A stretch of DNA of 46,518 bases from an uncultured bacterium (GTDB lineage Bacteria; UBP14; UBA6098; B30-G16). Positions 10,301 through 17,125 of the stretch are shown piece by piece (position 1 is the stretch's first letter; each line of letters opens with the position of its first letter). The notes beneath the pieces are model-generated. The model was not told the DNA's origin and made no database searches. It was given only the letters and a program-made list of their open reading frames with translations. The stretch covers positions 1 through 46,518 of the forward strand of contig CBEVQY010000025.1 in assembly GCA_965552135.1 (NCBI GenBank), in the 5' to 3' direction. A program made the translations under genes and the position numbers.

Positions 10301-10949
10301 GATGAGCCATCACGTCGGTGGAGTCGAAGATATCGCTGTAGGGGGCATGGTCGGGTATGCCGTCGTCCCTATCGACGTAGAACTGGACGCCGGTGTAGTA
10401 GTCCTCCTCAACCGATGTGACGCCGAAAAGCGCTCTTGCGTCGGTGGGGTTAAGCGGAGCAAGGTCAACGTTGGGGTCGAAGTCGGCGCTGCCCCAAATG
10501 GTGAGCTTTATGGCGGCGATGTAGATCATCTGGGAGGAAGCCAAAAGGTCGAGGCGCAGAACGGCGCGGTCGGTGCGGGGCTGAATCATTATCTCATCGA
10601 GCATGTTGACCGAGTCGACCCCCACAAGTCCGTAAACGCCGGTCTCCCACACAAGCGGGTTCCGCTCGTACGTCGACCAGAACTTACCTCGGGCCGGGGT
10701 GTAGCTGAAAACGCTTGTGAAGTTGGTCAGGTAGTTGCTGGGGATTTGATCCCCATATCCCCCTTCCACGAGGTTGAACACGTTGAAGTACTGCCAGTCG
10801 CCCCCTGACCCCTGGGCGAAAGCCGACCCAGAAAGTGCAAGGAGCCCACAGAGCACCACAACAACTGCTGTGCCTCTCATACTCCTCTCCTTTCGGAAAA
10901 GGTTTCTTCCCACAAACGCGCTTACCAGCCTACCGATGCTTTCCGCCAC
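1317..10949 (-). CDS. Giant (3,210 aa, or 3,187 aa from ATG 10880) secreted acidic Cys-rich protein with Ig-like units, duplicated GWNL module and FlgD-Ig/T9SS-like C-terminal domain
   Basis: Signal peptide MRGTAVVVVLCGLLALSGSAFA|Q. Recurrent DxxxP domain starts (DTIPP, DLSGP, DLVGP, DATPP, DMAPP, DNGPP, DTDPP) and D..GN closers. C-terminus QNFPNPFNSAT.I.Y.L...V.IEVFDLSG..VRTL...WDGTD..G..VASGVYLYRI. Confidence 0.9.
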   Translation of the reverse strand: MAESIGRLVSAFVGRNLFRKERSMRGTAVVVVLCGLLALSGSAFAQGSGGDWQYFNVFNLVEGGYGDQIPSNYLTNFTSVFSYTPARGKFWSTYERNPLVWETGVYGLVGVDSVNMLDEIMIQPRTDRAVLRLDLLASSQMIYIAAIKLTIWGSADFDPNVDLAPLNPTDARALFGVTSVEEDYYTGVQFYVDRDDGIPDHAPYSDIFDSTDVMAHPEKLITSAVSYDVEFTTPYDPTTATIHWTFDPTDPSDPTLKWIKVGTETTPLGTFKKWQAIFPFENPIAVPPQASWSGRNLPFKRIWVVLRSNGCHGCDASTPGVEGISVLDTFYVGIESINDFYCYMSDAYQHVSVPPEGCVEVVPDTTPPSDPLRQRWYRAEYLVGQDTIPPYIYALYPNNAVGSNGPHSDCVNIDGADPTYGDILTEHEWCSYPSKPEVNDLYIYTADSIQLISFIAKDRQTCLDSAWVEIRYLNGGTFPCRIDTVFFRNPMTLSYDTANGGNGAGWEVYIKGDGNDPLCIEEHITPSWGTYNEAGVVINVDGCGSDSFWIAVGYDGPGAGDDYLDPFLDGALVQVTVRVFNRNDHFYPFEYATYAETSWVFVVDLSGPTASLVCPTAEGHDNETREFRNYSPYDDNYNRFDTIEGSSVPFIWLADSLPMFHIHVTDNYADVHDASTHGPTLTGAYGGSGFNVRDFEITFYIHRAGVATEAGCTETGVDVLTVTQDDMQPFLYCGDYVQGVYYDESDDGTEGELYVSFENLYHSSRPDANLFRLNSGDKVYIVFTRFFDDPDFGQGSQKANPYDYGSVDLQVSSDGSWCGAGGNDPNYGTSDYERDHTPVMQDPVSAGCPGYSDYHPDTLGIVRIDLVGPYAPDTLYYPPHGWVTSDTFQVITCDIFDQVGVPCVDDPANYDDPVGTFGPLYYGVSGVHADSIIMNIKVRGCDGSWHPEYGGPEGRNFVIHTGGTPSTHPASIPNLVVEKIRMHNGSTEWWGTRVVFDPYYDPTPGGLRELRFRPGDEVCVTVYACDNAYLNCCDGCAGFGPCPHSEGGCEVVGTYADGVQKFSFTHYVPGMNWAEDRLDPDGLVLEPRQVARWTFYVDATPPQFVVSDFTQCPFGWNFTLKDVSDRIGPTWCDEWVADMAAVDVRIITIDDEDCDGDSIPNADTIFINDLPVGGSTVVYHDDDHLNTYFTAYYGHDMDSCYWAPCCGDAERWGRYLHVSLVDDPEDPERQAILSLYWGDSTTQNCHFFEPGDTVIVEIYAGDAVQVPWFPATERQQNWMGPYLGGSGPSDYFSWHHEDDCYTAAGYLDPDDAAAYSGYTSWRCTSHFYAEAGATLDYDSNGLSAESHNYCDYENPNWQPVHAETIYIQRDVEVTKVDWFNDGAYEDWLSSTQFSYPPDLHGQYTQMSDVLEFRNVVPENVVDSDTANAILTRGLLSTYTTDYYLDRWAKELNFITFEIQSCTDSIIWECRTDTLLENYAPYVKVVLFDSTGAQIWSYEDWYDCDCEHCWLHYMPLRDGVPYGHHGCVDGGILTIGPLDQLVAVDTVYDSTFSVDTATGDRTFEYATAREVWGWPFVRGVNYSEVWNAAGDTVTLVAEPVYGYLNRDSLVVIVRIATRGPNQFGIDTLADYHFYAWSYTIDMAPPTARFASLVSVSGYEEVNCIERNPTNYAVRVRLESISDAGVGCSGGGTDVDWATQWPLPAVVEGSDSLHYMFHPELNQSLDLVYNPGTYWLYTNEALTIHNCADEAVIARAMELAAPITIYHGVDPDVPTVFETDITVDTLLIADSLWAEAVVQDRLGNAAPVQSTPMGLDNGPPRVKGIAFCTAVRETVDWEYTYDTTGAVVDSTPVLGSIVDFNCWDPSLFRLPWEIPDQDSLIGVFNFSPPDEPGAVCTVYVRIWFTDNMDMREVDPSTGAIVRFQPEGWTHWFPVMPIEAHAGFYPLAQYYADYERVAGGPMWRVVASDAGDVDEFEPPTTSDIEPGWNSDREWIGYMVIAGDELMDGVARLRIQGFDDNAGNTMVDHEYPFRIETRYHAPSIGWPVAEGGDDTENDPWEEPYGGGQWTITGYTDDTSSCWAPFEDVPWCNAVTGFDFDPTITDSIVFVVWYHDSAWTPADVPPATDFGDYHYVIDNMSSPDIWFNPTDSMWYAQIPCDSFDLTDLPTPDGVSYVTIEMRDYSRFYPDEYVSDTLLNVWINNADLHSYTVVFDATGDVPAGDDTLVFQPTTSSITIVLSGSDAQYVDYLMFILVDQITGVEDTISGGFLRVTNVPGGPDPWYDPATNTITWVWDCSGRLYPGFYYIRFVAFDEIRVASGITSPAGYNVAFHTTCVSRFNILVPREAFLARGDDLDDALMRTSYNYPSQPWADDIYPWTDEDKYPDYPGWVEIDTPIVEGHEYLDRFQITTFTNPDYTSGDTDPLRHPFTEQGGYPGDSIYVLFEIFPDDTVLDYAVMVIEDEYGGDISGSNLRVVDTFYYPDDTLCLVDCLGDTHCYFVYNWVVDDQDNRYDGPVQIRFTTYEHAAGSPGVTYATSHPTYILLDTYDPEYSVELRRGDGSPMRTCVNDSLPGETIWVTNADTVDILITWLQTVFDQAPDAEDYTTYDPWVAGRTWDYLRLTIDGMPHHGYHTDDPNDVLEARLWHDVLAADDVTTPFWHQPSGGYDSYAMADEYFKDATYRYRWTVAADPAGNGLAKILVKGRDVAGNILDYEEAEKSRSFGKYVLIDTDPPTIDGALVVATEASFGASAGAVYDNLLGGGYYDPATGTYVDVTVYDPADSTTVVAGPYPVNDDGSVDEQAADLSAYDTVLVCATDLAGNQDCALVPVTAPELCCTWDLCAGWNLVALSVVPESLSIESVFGTMPVYINRGGSFVPATDPINVGDGFLVLASTDTTIEVCGAPLSADEFVVYNLEPSWNTIGAPWGGVDVGDLVTDPADLLNESEVYYYDCLIPDYVPTTTLEQCRGHLVWVDGTVDSLYVSAGKVVHSLRKRFATPLWSAKLEVAGSDVHRTLVVGVAQNGTDGFDNGADATAIPAMPGQKDIYLAGHLAADYRAAADEISWRLVAHDAFTLTPDLSGVADEYELYLVAKDGSRIALADIDRVSLPAGEYEVVAAKRAIPKEFALGQNFPNPFNSATVITYQLPKRCDVRIEVFDLSGHKVRTLVCEEQSAGYKSVVWDGTDDSGTPVASGVYLYRIKAGSFSDTKRLLLSK

Positions 10950-11070
10950 CGTCTACCTCCTTTGTAGTAATTTCTTTCCTCTTCCTGCCGCAAGCCACAC
11001 CCACAAGCCACCACCCCGCCAAACCACAAAGTCAAAGAGCGACAATACGACCTCCGCGAATTGTTGTCCA

Positions 11071-11099
11071 AAAATACCCCAGCCCACCAACCTTGTCAA
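11071..11099 (-). promoter_or_regulatory. Sigma70-type promoter P2 of the giant gene
   Basis: Minus strand TTGACA-17 nt-TATTTT. Confidence 0.6.
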
Positions 11100-11139
11100 G
11101 CCCTTTTTAAAAATTCGACCCACCCAATTTACTTTCCCG

Positions 11140-11168
11140 ATAATACGGGGATAGCTCAAAAATGTCAA
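11140..11168 (-). promoter_or_regulatory. Sigma70-type promoter P1 of the giant gene
   Basis: Minus strand TTGACA-17 nt-TATTAT, with an AT-rich UP-like tract upstream. Confidence 0.7.
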
Positions 11169-11189
11169 GCAAAACTTAAATCTAAAACC

Positions 11190-12662
11190 TCACAGCTTGC
11201 CCCAAAACCTCGACTCAAGCTCAAAGCGTATTGTCCACTCGTCCTTAAGGCTGCCTTTTTGGTGGTTGGCGTTTGTTATATGCTCCCATCTCCACGCAAT
11301 CCCTGCGGCAAGTTGCCCCGAGAAGCGTCCGAGGTCCCAGCTAAGACCGTCTGCCCAGAGGGAGATGTCGATGCCAAGGCGCCCCTCGACAACGCCTGAG
11401 GGAAAGGGCTCGCTCCAGTCGGGATCATCGATCCAAGGCTCCGTCCACGGATCGTCTATCCTGCCCTCGCCTTTGCGCCTGTAGTACAGCTTGGCTTCGC
11501 CGCCGTAAAACGCCCCCAAAAGCCTAAGCCCTACCGATGTCTGATCGTAGTCGTTCCCGTACTCGGGACCGAGCGGCTTGTTCTCGTAAAGGTACCTGTT
11601 CCAGGGGCGGATCTGGTTGAAGGTTCTGTTGCGAACCTGCTCGTACCTCGACCAAAGCGTCAGAAAAGCCCTCGAGCTTGAAAGCGCCCAGTCCGCCTCG
11701 ACGGCAAAGCCGTATTCGGGAGGCTCCCTGTCGGCTGGGGTCTCGTGCTCTATCTGATAGTCGTCTAAAACGCCCTCGAAGCGAAGCCTGAAGGGCGGAA
11801 GAAGGATCTTCGCGTCAACGCTCCAGAGGGTGTTGTCGTCCCACTTGTGGTTCAGCTGCTCGCCGTGGAAGGCGTAAAGCGGAAGAAGATAATAAAGCTC
11901 CACCTGCCTGCCTACGCCGCCGAAGAGCATCATCTCGTTGAAGGCGAGCTGAAGCCAGGGGAAGGTGAGCTCAAACCTATGATAGGCAAGATACCTATTA
12001 TATATAATCTTTGTCGTATCCACGAACTCGACGTACTCATCGAGCTGCCCAATGGACCAAACAAGCTGCCCCCTTTTGCCGAGCCTGAAACCCGCAAGGA
12101 GCCTTTCGTACGGTTTTCGTCCCGAAAGCGCCATCCCCAGCCCAAAGCGGAAGTAGTCCCTTCCGAGCTGGAGGAAGTAATCTTCGCCGCCCCATCGGAT
12201 GAAGACCTGATCAGCCTTGCCCGCAACCCTCTCCCACCGAGCGCCGAAGTAGTTGGGGTCGGCGTAGTAGCCGCTGTCGAGGCGGTATATCCCCACAACC
12301 GACCAGCCCCCGCGCGTTCCGCCGAAGCCCAGCCGCATCCTGCCGAAGGATCTTGTGTAGTCGGACCAGCTTCGTCTGTCACCCCACACGCCGGGCGTCC
12401 ACAGAAAGAAGGGCGCCTTTTGCGAGAAAGGCGAGCAAAGCCGCGCAGCGCGCGCCGACCAAAACGCATCAGGAAATGCCTGCGCAGCAGAAAGAACATC
12501 GGACACAAAGTAAGGTCCGTAGCCGCGGAGTATCGATACATCCCCGCGCAGCTCGAGCTCCTCCAAAAGCTCGTTTAGGTGCCAGTCGTAGGTCAGCGTG
12601 AAATCGGCGGCAAAAGCCGCAACGAAAGCCAAAAAGACCGCTGCAGATGAAGCTCCCCTCAT
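11190..12662 (-). CDS. Capsule assembly Wzi-family-like outer-membrane beta-barrel protein
   Basis: Signal peptide. Motifs LQLGRD..RFG..MALSG, RYLAYHRFE, LAFNEMMLFGG, DNTLWSVD, DDYQI, PLG..YGND resemble Wzi-family barrels. Confidence 0.7.
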   Translation of the reverse strand: MRGASSAAVFLAFVAAFAADFTLTYDWHLNELLEELELRGDVSILRGYGPYFVSDVLSAAQAFPDAFWSARAARLCSPFSQKAPFFLWTPGVWGDRRSWSDYTRSFGRMRLGFGGTRGGWSVVGIYRLDSGYYADPNYFGARWERVAGKADQVFIRWGGEDYFLQLGRDYFRFGLGMALSGRKPYERLLAGFRLGKRGQLVWSIGQLDEYVEFVDTTKIIYNRYLAYHRFELTFPWLQLAFNEMMLFGGVGRQVELYYLLPLYAFHGEQLNHKWDDNTLWSVDAKILLPPFRLRFEGVLDDYQIEHETPADREPPEYGFAVEADWALSSSRAFLTLWSRYEQVRNRTFNQIRPWNRYLYENKPLGPEYGNDYDQTSVGLRLLGAFYGGEAKLYYRRKGEGRIDDPWTEPWIDDPDWSEPFPSGVVEGRLGIDISLWADGLSWDLGRFSGQLAAGIAWRWEHITNANHQKGSLKDEWTIRFELESRFWGKL

Positions 12663-13156
12663 TTCTCCAGTATCTCCCTCAGTTTTTGCAGTTGTCGTCG
12701 CAGTTCGGCGTTTTCAGCTTCGAGGCGCTTGAGCTTTCGTCGAAGCTTTGTGCAGTCGTCCGACGCCGCGCCCGGCGACTCGACCTCAACGCCCCTGCAC
12801 GCGGAAAGCTCGCCCAAAACGCCCGCCCAAAGCGATGCGTCGAAACGCCACTCGCTTTCCGGATAGTCCGACACCAGGGCGGAAAAGCTCCTTCCGGCGT
12901 CGGAGTATTTGCCGAAGTAGACCTCCAGGTACCCCTTTTTGAACAGCGCGTCGTCGGCGCGCCTGTCGCCCGGGTACAGGTCGACGAGCCGGCTGTAGAG
13001 GTAGAGCGCCTCGTTGAACCTGTGCTCCCGAAGCGCTTTTTCGGCGCGGGCGAAAAGCGCCCCGGGCGATGTATCCCGCGGACCGTACTCAACGGCGCAT
13101 CCCCACAAAGCAAGCAAAACCGCCGCGGCGAAAAGGATTTTGCAAAGGCGCTCCAT
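12659..13156 (-). CDS. TPR lipoprotein (BamD/YbgF-like) with C-terminal coiled coil
   Basis: Lipobox LWGC. TPR-like helices (A.ALY.Y..LV..YP....ADDALF..G, F..LV.DYPES.W). Heptad tail LRRKLKRLEAENAELRRQLQKLREIL. Confidence 0.7.
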   Translation of the reverse strand: MERLCKILFAAAVLLALWGCAVEYGPRDTSPGALFARAEKALREHRFNEALYLYSRLVDLYPGDRRADDALFKKGYLEVYFGKYSDAGRSFSALVSDYPESEWRFDASLWAGVLGELSACRGVEVESPGAASDDCTKLRRKLKRLEAENAELRRQLQKLREILEK

Positions 13157-13160
13157 TCCG

Positions 13161-15215
13161 TCACCTCACGACGACGCCGGCCGAATCGACGGCAAGAACC
13201 CAGTACCCCACGCCGGGCTTAAGCCTTGAGGCAACATAGTAGCCCCCGCTTTCCGGATCGAACCCGTAGACGGCAACAACCCCGTCAATCCGCGTAAGGA
13301 CGGTGTCGGGCACCTCGCTTGCCGCAACGCCAACAAGGTTCCACCCGGGCAAAAGCCTTACGAAAACGCTCTCCCTCGCGCCCAAAGCGACAAAGCTCGT
13401 CTCAACGTCGCTTTCGACCCAAAAGCCCACGCCCGGCGAGGTCGTGTCGATCTCGACGAAGCTTCCCGAGGACGGATCGAACCACCACGCGCCCGCAGAT
13501 GAGAAGGGAAAGGCATCGACCACAGCGGTAGAATCGAAGGGGTAGGAGACGAGGTTCCACCCGGGCCTCAGGCGGTAGTCCACCACCCGCACAGGGAGCT
13601 CGTCGAAGACTATCCGCGTTGGGTACGACGGACCGAGGTGGATCCTGTTGTGTGCGACGACCATCTCCTCCGAATCGCCCACCGGTGCGCCGGTGTTCGG
13701 ATTCACGTCGTAGCGGTTGTAGAGGGCGGAGCTTATGCCGATGCGGATCCTGTGCCCCCTGTCGAAGACCACGGCGACGTTGCCCAGATCCACCTCGAGC
13801 TCGTAGACCTCGCCCGGCGTAAGGAAAGCCTCGTGATCCGCTCCCTCGCGAAAGCGCGCCTTAAGCGCACCATCGAGGATAAGGTACGACCCACCGGAGG
13901 GATAGACGTCCTCGAGGCGGACCATAAAGTCGGTGTCGATGCAGTCGGAGCTTGCGTACAAAACCGCCTTAACCCTGCCCATGATCCGCACGGGCTTCTC
14001 GAGCGGGCTGGTGGTGAACACTACGCCCTGCTCGGCGCCGTCCTGGAAGAACTGATTGCGCGGACCCGTGCCCCAGAAGAAGATGAGGTAGGTTATGGGA
14101 AAGAGGTTCCTCCCGCCGGAGTTGTACATCGGCGCGCTTGGGTCGTGGTAGTACTCGACGAACGTGTCGACGAGCTCGGGGAGGTGCGCAAGCGAACCAT
14201 CGATATGGATGAATAGCGAATCGCGCCGCACGCCGGCCGGCGGCCAGCTGTCGAACTCCTCCCAGTGGCAACCCAAAACGGTATCGCCCACATCGCCCAA
14301 AACGTACACCCTGACGGCAGAGGTATCCTCGACGCCGTTGTCCTCGTCCTTGAGGTAGTGGAGAAACCACTTGAGCGCCAAAGGCAGCGGATCCCAGAGA
14401 GAGTTTTCGGGGAAGGTGAGGTCGCCCTGTCTCCTCTGCTCCCAGGCTCTGCCGTGCGTCCACGGACCCACAAGCATCTTCTGGTGACCCCGCGCGCCAA
14501 CACCGCCGTAGCGCTGAAGATTACAGAAGACCTCTATCGTCCCCTCGCAGAAAGTGTCGAACCACCCGCCTACGTGGTATATCGGGATCGTCACCGAGTC
14601 GAGGCGCGTGTTAATATCAAGCCTGTCCCAGAACTCATCGCGGACGTAGTGCTCGAAGTACAGGTCGCGCATGTGTGCAAGCCCGTACGCCGCCGTCCAG
14701 ATATCGACCTGCTCCTTCCTGTAGCATCCGCCGGGGAAGACGATTCTGTCGTAGAAGTTGGCTGCGGCATCGATGATGAAGGCGCAGACCAGATGAGGCG
14801 GTGCAGCGCCCGCGCAAAGATACCCCGTTATGCCGTATGCGGAGCCGCCATAGTAGCCCACGCGTCCGTTACACCAGGGCTGTGCGGCGAGCCACTCGAC
14901 GGTGTCGAAGCCATCGCGGCGCTCGCCCCAGCCGTCGTCGAGAAACAGGCTGTCCTCTCCCTCCGAGTCGCCGCGACCGCGCGTGTCCTGCGAAACATAG
15001 CCGATCCCATGCGCCAAAAGCGAATCGGCAAAGGCGCCGCCGTAACCGCGACCGTAAGGCGTCCTCTGCAGAACTACGGGAACTGGACCGAAGGCTGTGT
15101 CGGGCGGCAGATAGACGTTTGTCGCAAGCAAAACACCGTCGCGCATGGGGACCCAAAACGTCGTCTGAGCCGCCAAAACGCAAAAAGAAAGCGCACAAAA
15201 AGCAAATGCCCGCAT
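13161..15215 (-). CDS. Secreted CocE/NonD-family (S15-like) hydrolase with C-terminal duplicated GWNL module
   Basis: VPMRDGVLLATNVYLP, RTPYG, QDTRGRGDSEG, nucleophile GGSAYG, GGWFD, GPWTHG, PepX_C-type DTDFMVRLEDVYP. Signal peptide VLAA|Q. Confidence 0.92.
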   Translation of the reverse strand: MRAFAFCALSFCVLAAQTTFWVPMRDGVLLATNVYLPPDTAFGPVPVVLQRTPYGRGYGGAFADSLLAHGIGYVSQDTRGRGDSEGEDSLFLDDGWGERRDGFDTVEWLAAQPWCNGRVGYYGGSAYGITGYLCAGAAPPHLVCAFIIDAAANFYDRIVFPGGCYRKEQVDIWTAAYGLAHMRDLYFEHYVRDEFWDRLDINTRLDSVTIPIYHVGGWFDTFCEGTIEVFCNLQRYGGVGARGHQKMLVGPWTHGRAWEQRRQGDLTFPENSLWDPLPLALKWFLHYLKDEDNGVEDTSAVRVYVLGDVGDTVLGCHWEEFDSWPPAGVRRDSLFIHIDGSLAHLPELVDTFVEYYHDPSAPMYNSGGRNLFPITYLIFFWGTGPRNQFFQDGAEQGVVFTTSPLEKPVRIMGRVKAVLYASSDCIDTDFMVRLEDVYPSGGSYLILDGALKARFREGADHEAFLTPGEVYELEVDLGNVAVVFDRGHRIRIGISSALYNRYDVNPNTGAPVGDSEEMVVAHNRIHLGPSYPTRIVFDELPVRVVDYRLRPGWNLVSYPFDSTAVVDAFPFSSAGAWWFDPSSGSFVEIDTTSPGVGFWVESDVETSFVALGARESVFVRLLPGWNLVGVAASEVPDTVLTRIDGVVAVYGFDPESGGYYVASRLKPGVGYWVLAVDSAGVVVR

Positions 15216-15218
15216 AGA

Positions 15219-16181
15219 TCACCTCGAGTGCTGCGCCTTCCTCGCCTTAAGGAGCACCTCATACCCCCCGAACCTGCTTCCGCCGCCGTCTTTGAGGACC
15301 TTTTTGATCCTCGATGCGAGCGTTGCGATCTGGTCGGGGGTGACGGCGGCGCGGGAAGGATCGACGTCGACTATGGCAACAGTTATGCCGAAGAACGGGA
15401 AGAAGCGCCTAACGCCGTGTCTGTCGAGCCCCTCGATGCCGCCGGTTTTGCGGTCCTGCGGGGCGTAGAACTTCGGCGCACCCCTTGCCACCGCATCCAC
15501 AGCCGCCGCGGCAACGCCGCGCATCTTGTACGGATCACCAACCATCACGAAGTCGTCGCCGCCTATGTGACCCAAAAAATCCCCCGGCGCACCATACACC
15601 CTCAAAGCCTCGCGAAGAACGCGCGAGACAAACAAGATCACCTGATCCCCCTTCGAAAAGCCGTAGAGGTCGTTGTAGGGCTTGAAGTTATCGATGTCGA
15701 CGTAGGCGACAGAGAAAGGCTTTTTCGACTTTATCGCCTCGGTTATGACCCTTATTATTTCGTCGTTTCCGGGAAGTCCCGTAAGCGGGTTTGCCGCTCT
15801 GCTTTGCCTCACGCGCCTCAAAACGCTTCGTATCCGCGCGGCAAGCTCCCTGTAGTCGAGCTGATCCTTGACGAGATAGTCGTCGGCGCCTCCCTCAAAA
15901 CCCTCAAGCTTGTACGAAAGCTCGTCCATGCAGGTCAAAAGAACGACGGGGATATGCGACGTGGCGTAGTTCCCCTTAAGCTTCCGGCAGACCTCCAGCC
16001 CGTTCATCTTCGGCATGTTTATGTCCAGAAGTATCACATCGGGTTCCTCCGCCTCGGCGAGCCTTAAACCCTCTATGGGGTCGTCGCACGTTATCACGTC
16101 GAAGTTGTTCGCCCGAAGCCGCGCCTGAAGAACCTCGAGGTTGCCAACCTCATCGTCTATGATCAAAACCTTCTCGGACAT
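15219..16181 (-). CDS. Response regulator with GGDEF domain (REC-GGDEF, GGDDF variant)
   Basis: REC motifs IIDDE, ILLDINMP, LLT, DDYLVK. GGDEF motifs NPLTGLPG, DIDNFKPYNDLYG..GD, GHIGGDDF. No RxxD I-site. Confidence 0.9.
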   Translation of the reverse strand: MSEKVLIIDDEVGNLEVLQARLRANNFDVITCDDPIEGLRLAEAEEPDVILLDINMPKMNGLEVCRKLKGNYATSHIPVVLLTCMDELSYKLEGFEGGADDYLVKDQLDYRELAARIRSVLRRVRQSRAANPLTGLPGNDEIIRVITEAIKSKKPFSVAYVDIDNFKPYNDLYGFSKGDQVILFVSRVLREALRVYGAPGDFLGHIGGDDFVMVGDPYKMRGVAAAAVDAVARGAPKFYAPQDRKTGGIEGLDRHGVRRFFPFFGITVAIVDVDPSRAAVTPDQIATLASRIKKVLKDGGGSRFGGYEVLLKARKAQHSR

Positions 16182-16184
16182 AGG

Positions 16185-16979
16185 CTAACCTCCGAAGGGG
16201 GATCTCCTCCTACCCCACGCAAGTGCTCCCTTGGGGCAGGCGGCTACGCACTCACCGCAGGAGATGCAGTGGGCGCTTTTTACGACAAGCCCCCGCATCG
16301 GGTCGATCCCCATGGGGCAGACGTATCTGCACGCCCCGCAGCCGTCGCAGACCTCGATGTTCCTCACCACCGCCCTGCGCGACAACGCAGACACCAACCC
16401 CATAAGCGCCCCAAGGGGGCATATGTATCTGCAAAACGCTCTCTTCACCCTCAGCGAGAGGGCAGCTGTGGCGATAAGTATCGCCGCCGTCGCAGCGGGT
16501 ATGGGGACCCTCCAGACGGCGCACGCCCAAAACGCGGGGCATCCCAACGCGCAGGCAAGCACACCCTTCGCCGCCGTGACCAAAACGACGAACACCGCAA
16601 CGCCGAAGGCGAAGAAGCGCAGCCTCTCGTTCAGCCAGTGGGGCGTTGTTCGCGTGGCTATACGCAGCCTGGCGCCAACATCGCCCAAAAGGTCCTGCAC
16701 GGTGCCCACAGGGCAAATCCACCCGCAAAAAGGACGCGGCACAAACACACACGCAGCCAGCGCCAGAAAGCCCAAGGTCACCCCAACGGGGTAGAAAAAG
16801 CCCACCCCAAGCCTTGCCATCAAAACCGGGACCTCCACGATCGCCCACGGGCACAGGTTGTGCGCTCCAGCCGCACCCCAAAGCAAGAAGACCAAAAGCA
16901 AAAACACCACAAGCGCCAAAACCTGAGCGCACGCCCGCGGAAACCACCTGAAGAAAATCGCCCTCCCCCGATAGCGCAT
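16185..16979 (-). CDS. Membrane 4Fe-4S binding protein (NapH/MauN-like polyferredoxin)
   Basis: Several TM helices. FCGWICPVG and FCRYICPLG motifs, plus two ferredoxin motifs CDGCGACRYVCP and CISCGECVAACP. ATG at 16979 chosen over TTG at 16985. Confidence 0.88.
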   Translation of the reverse strand: MRYRGRAIFFRWFPRACAQVLALVVFLLLVFLLWGAAGAHNLCPWAIVEVPVLMARLGVGFFYPVGVTLGFLALAACVFVPRPFCGWICPVGTVQDLLGDVGARLRIATRTTPHWLNERLRFFAFGVAVFVVLVTAAKGVLACALGCPAFWACAVWRVPIPAATAAILIATAALSLRVKRAFCRYICPLGALMGLVSALSRRAVVRNIEVCDGCGACRYVCPMGIDPMRGLVVKSAHCISCGECVAACPKGALAWGRRRSPFGG

Positions 16980-17063
16980 CAGCAATTTATATTAACGACG
17001 CAAACGAGTCTCCGCAACACTTTATTTTTTGCGTGAGAGCATTTTTGCAACTTCATCTTCGTC

Positions 17064-17097
17064 AAAAAGATAAAGGCGCCCCCTATTCGGGGCGCCT
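17064..17097 (-). terminator. Rho-independent terminator after the 1,867-aa gene
   Basis: Minus strand AGGCGCCCC-GAATAG-GGGGCGCCT followed by TTATCTTTTT. Confidence 0.8.
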
Positions 17098-17125
17098 CAT
17101 CCGTCGACCGAGCCGCAGAGGAGGG

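Noticed and set aside
1317..10949. Multiheme cytochrome interpretation of the Cys/His-rich giant
   Set aside because: The motifs are GCHGCD and CDCEHC, and I found no CxxCH.
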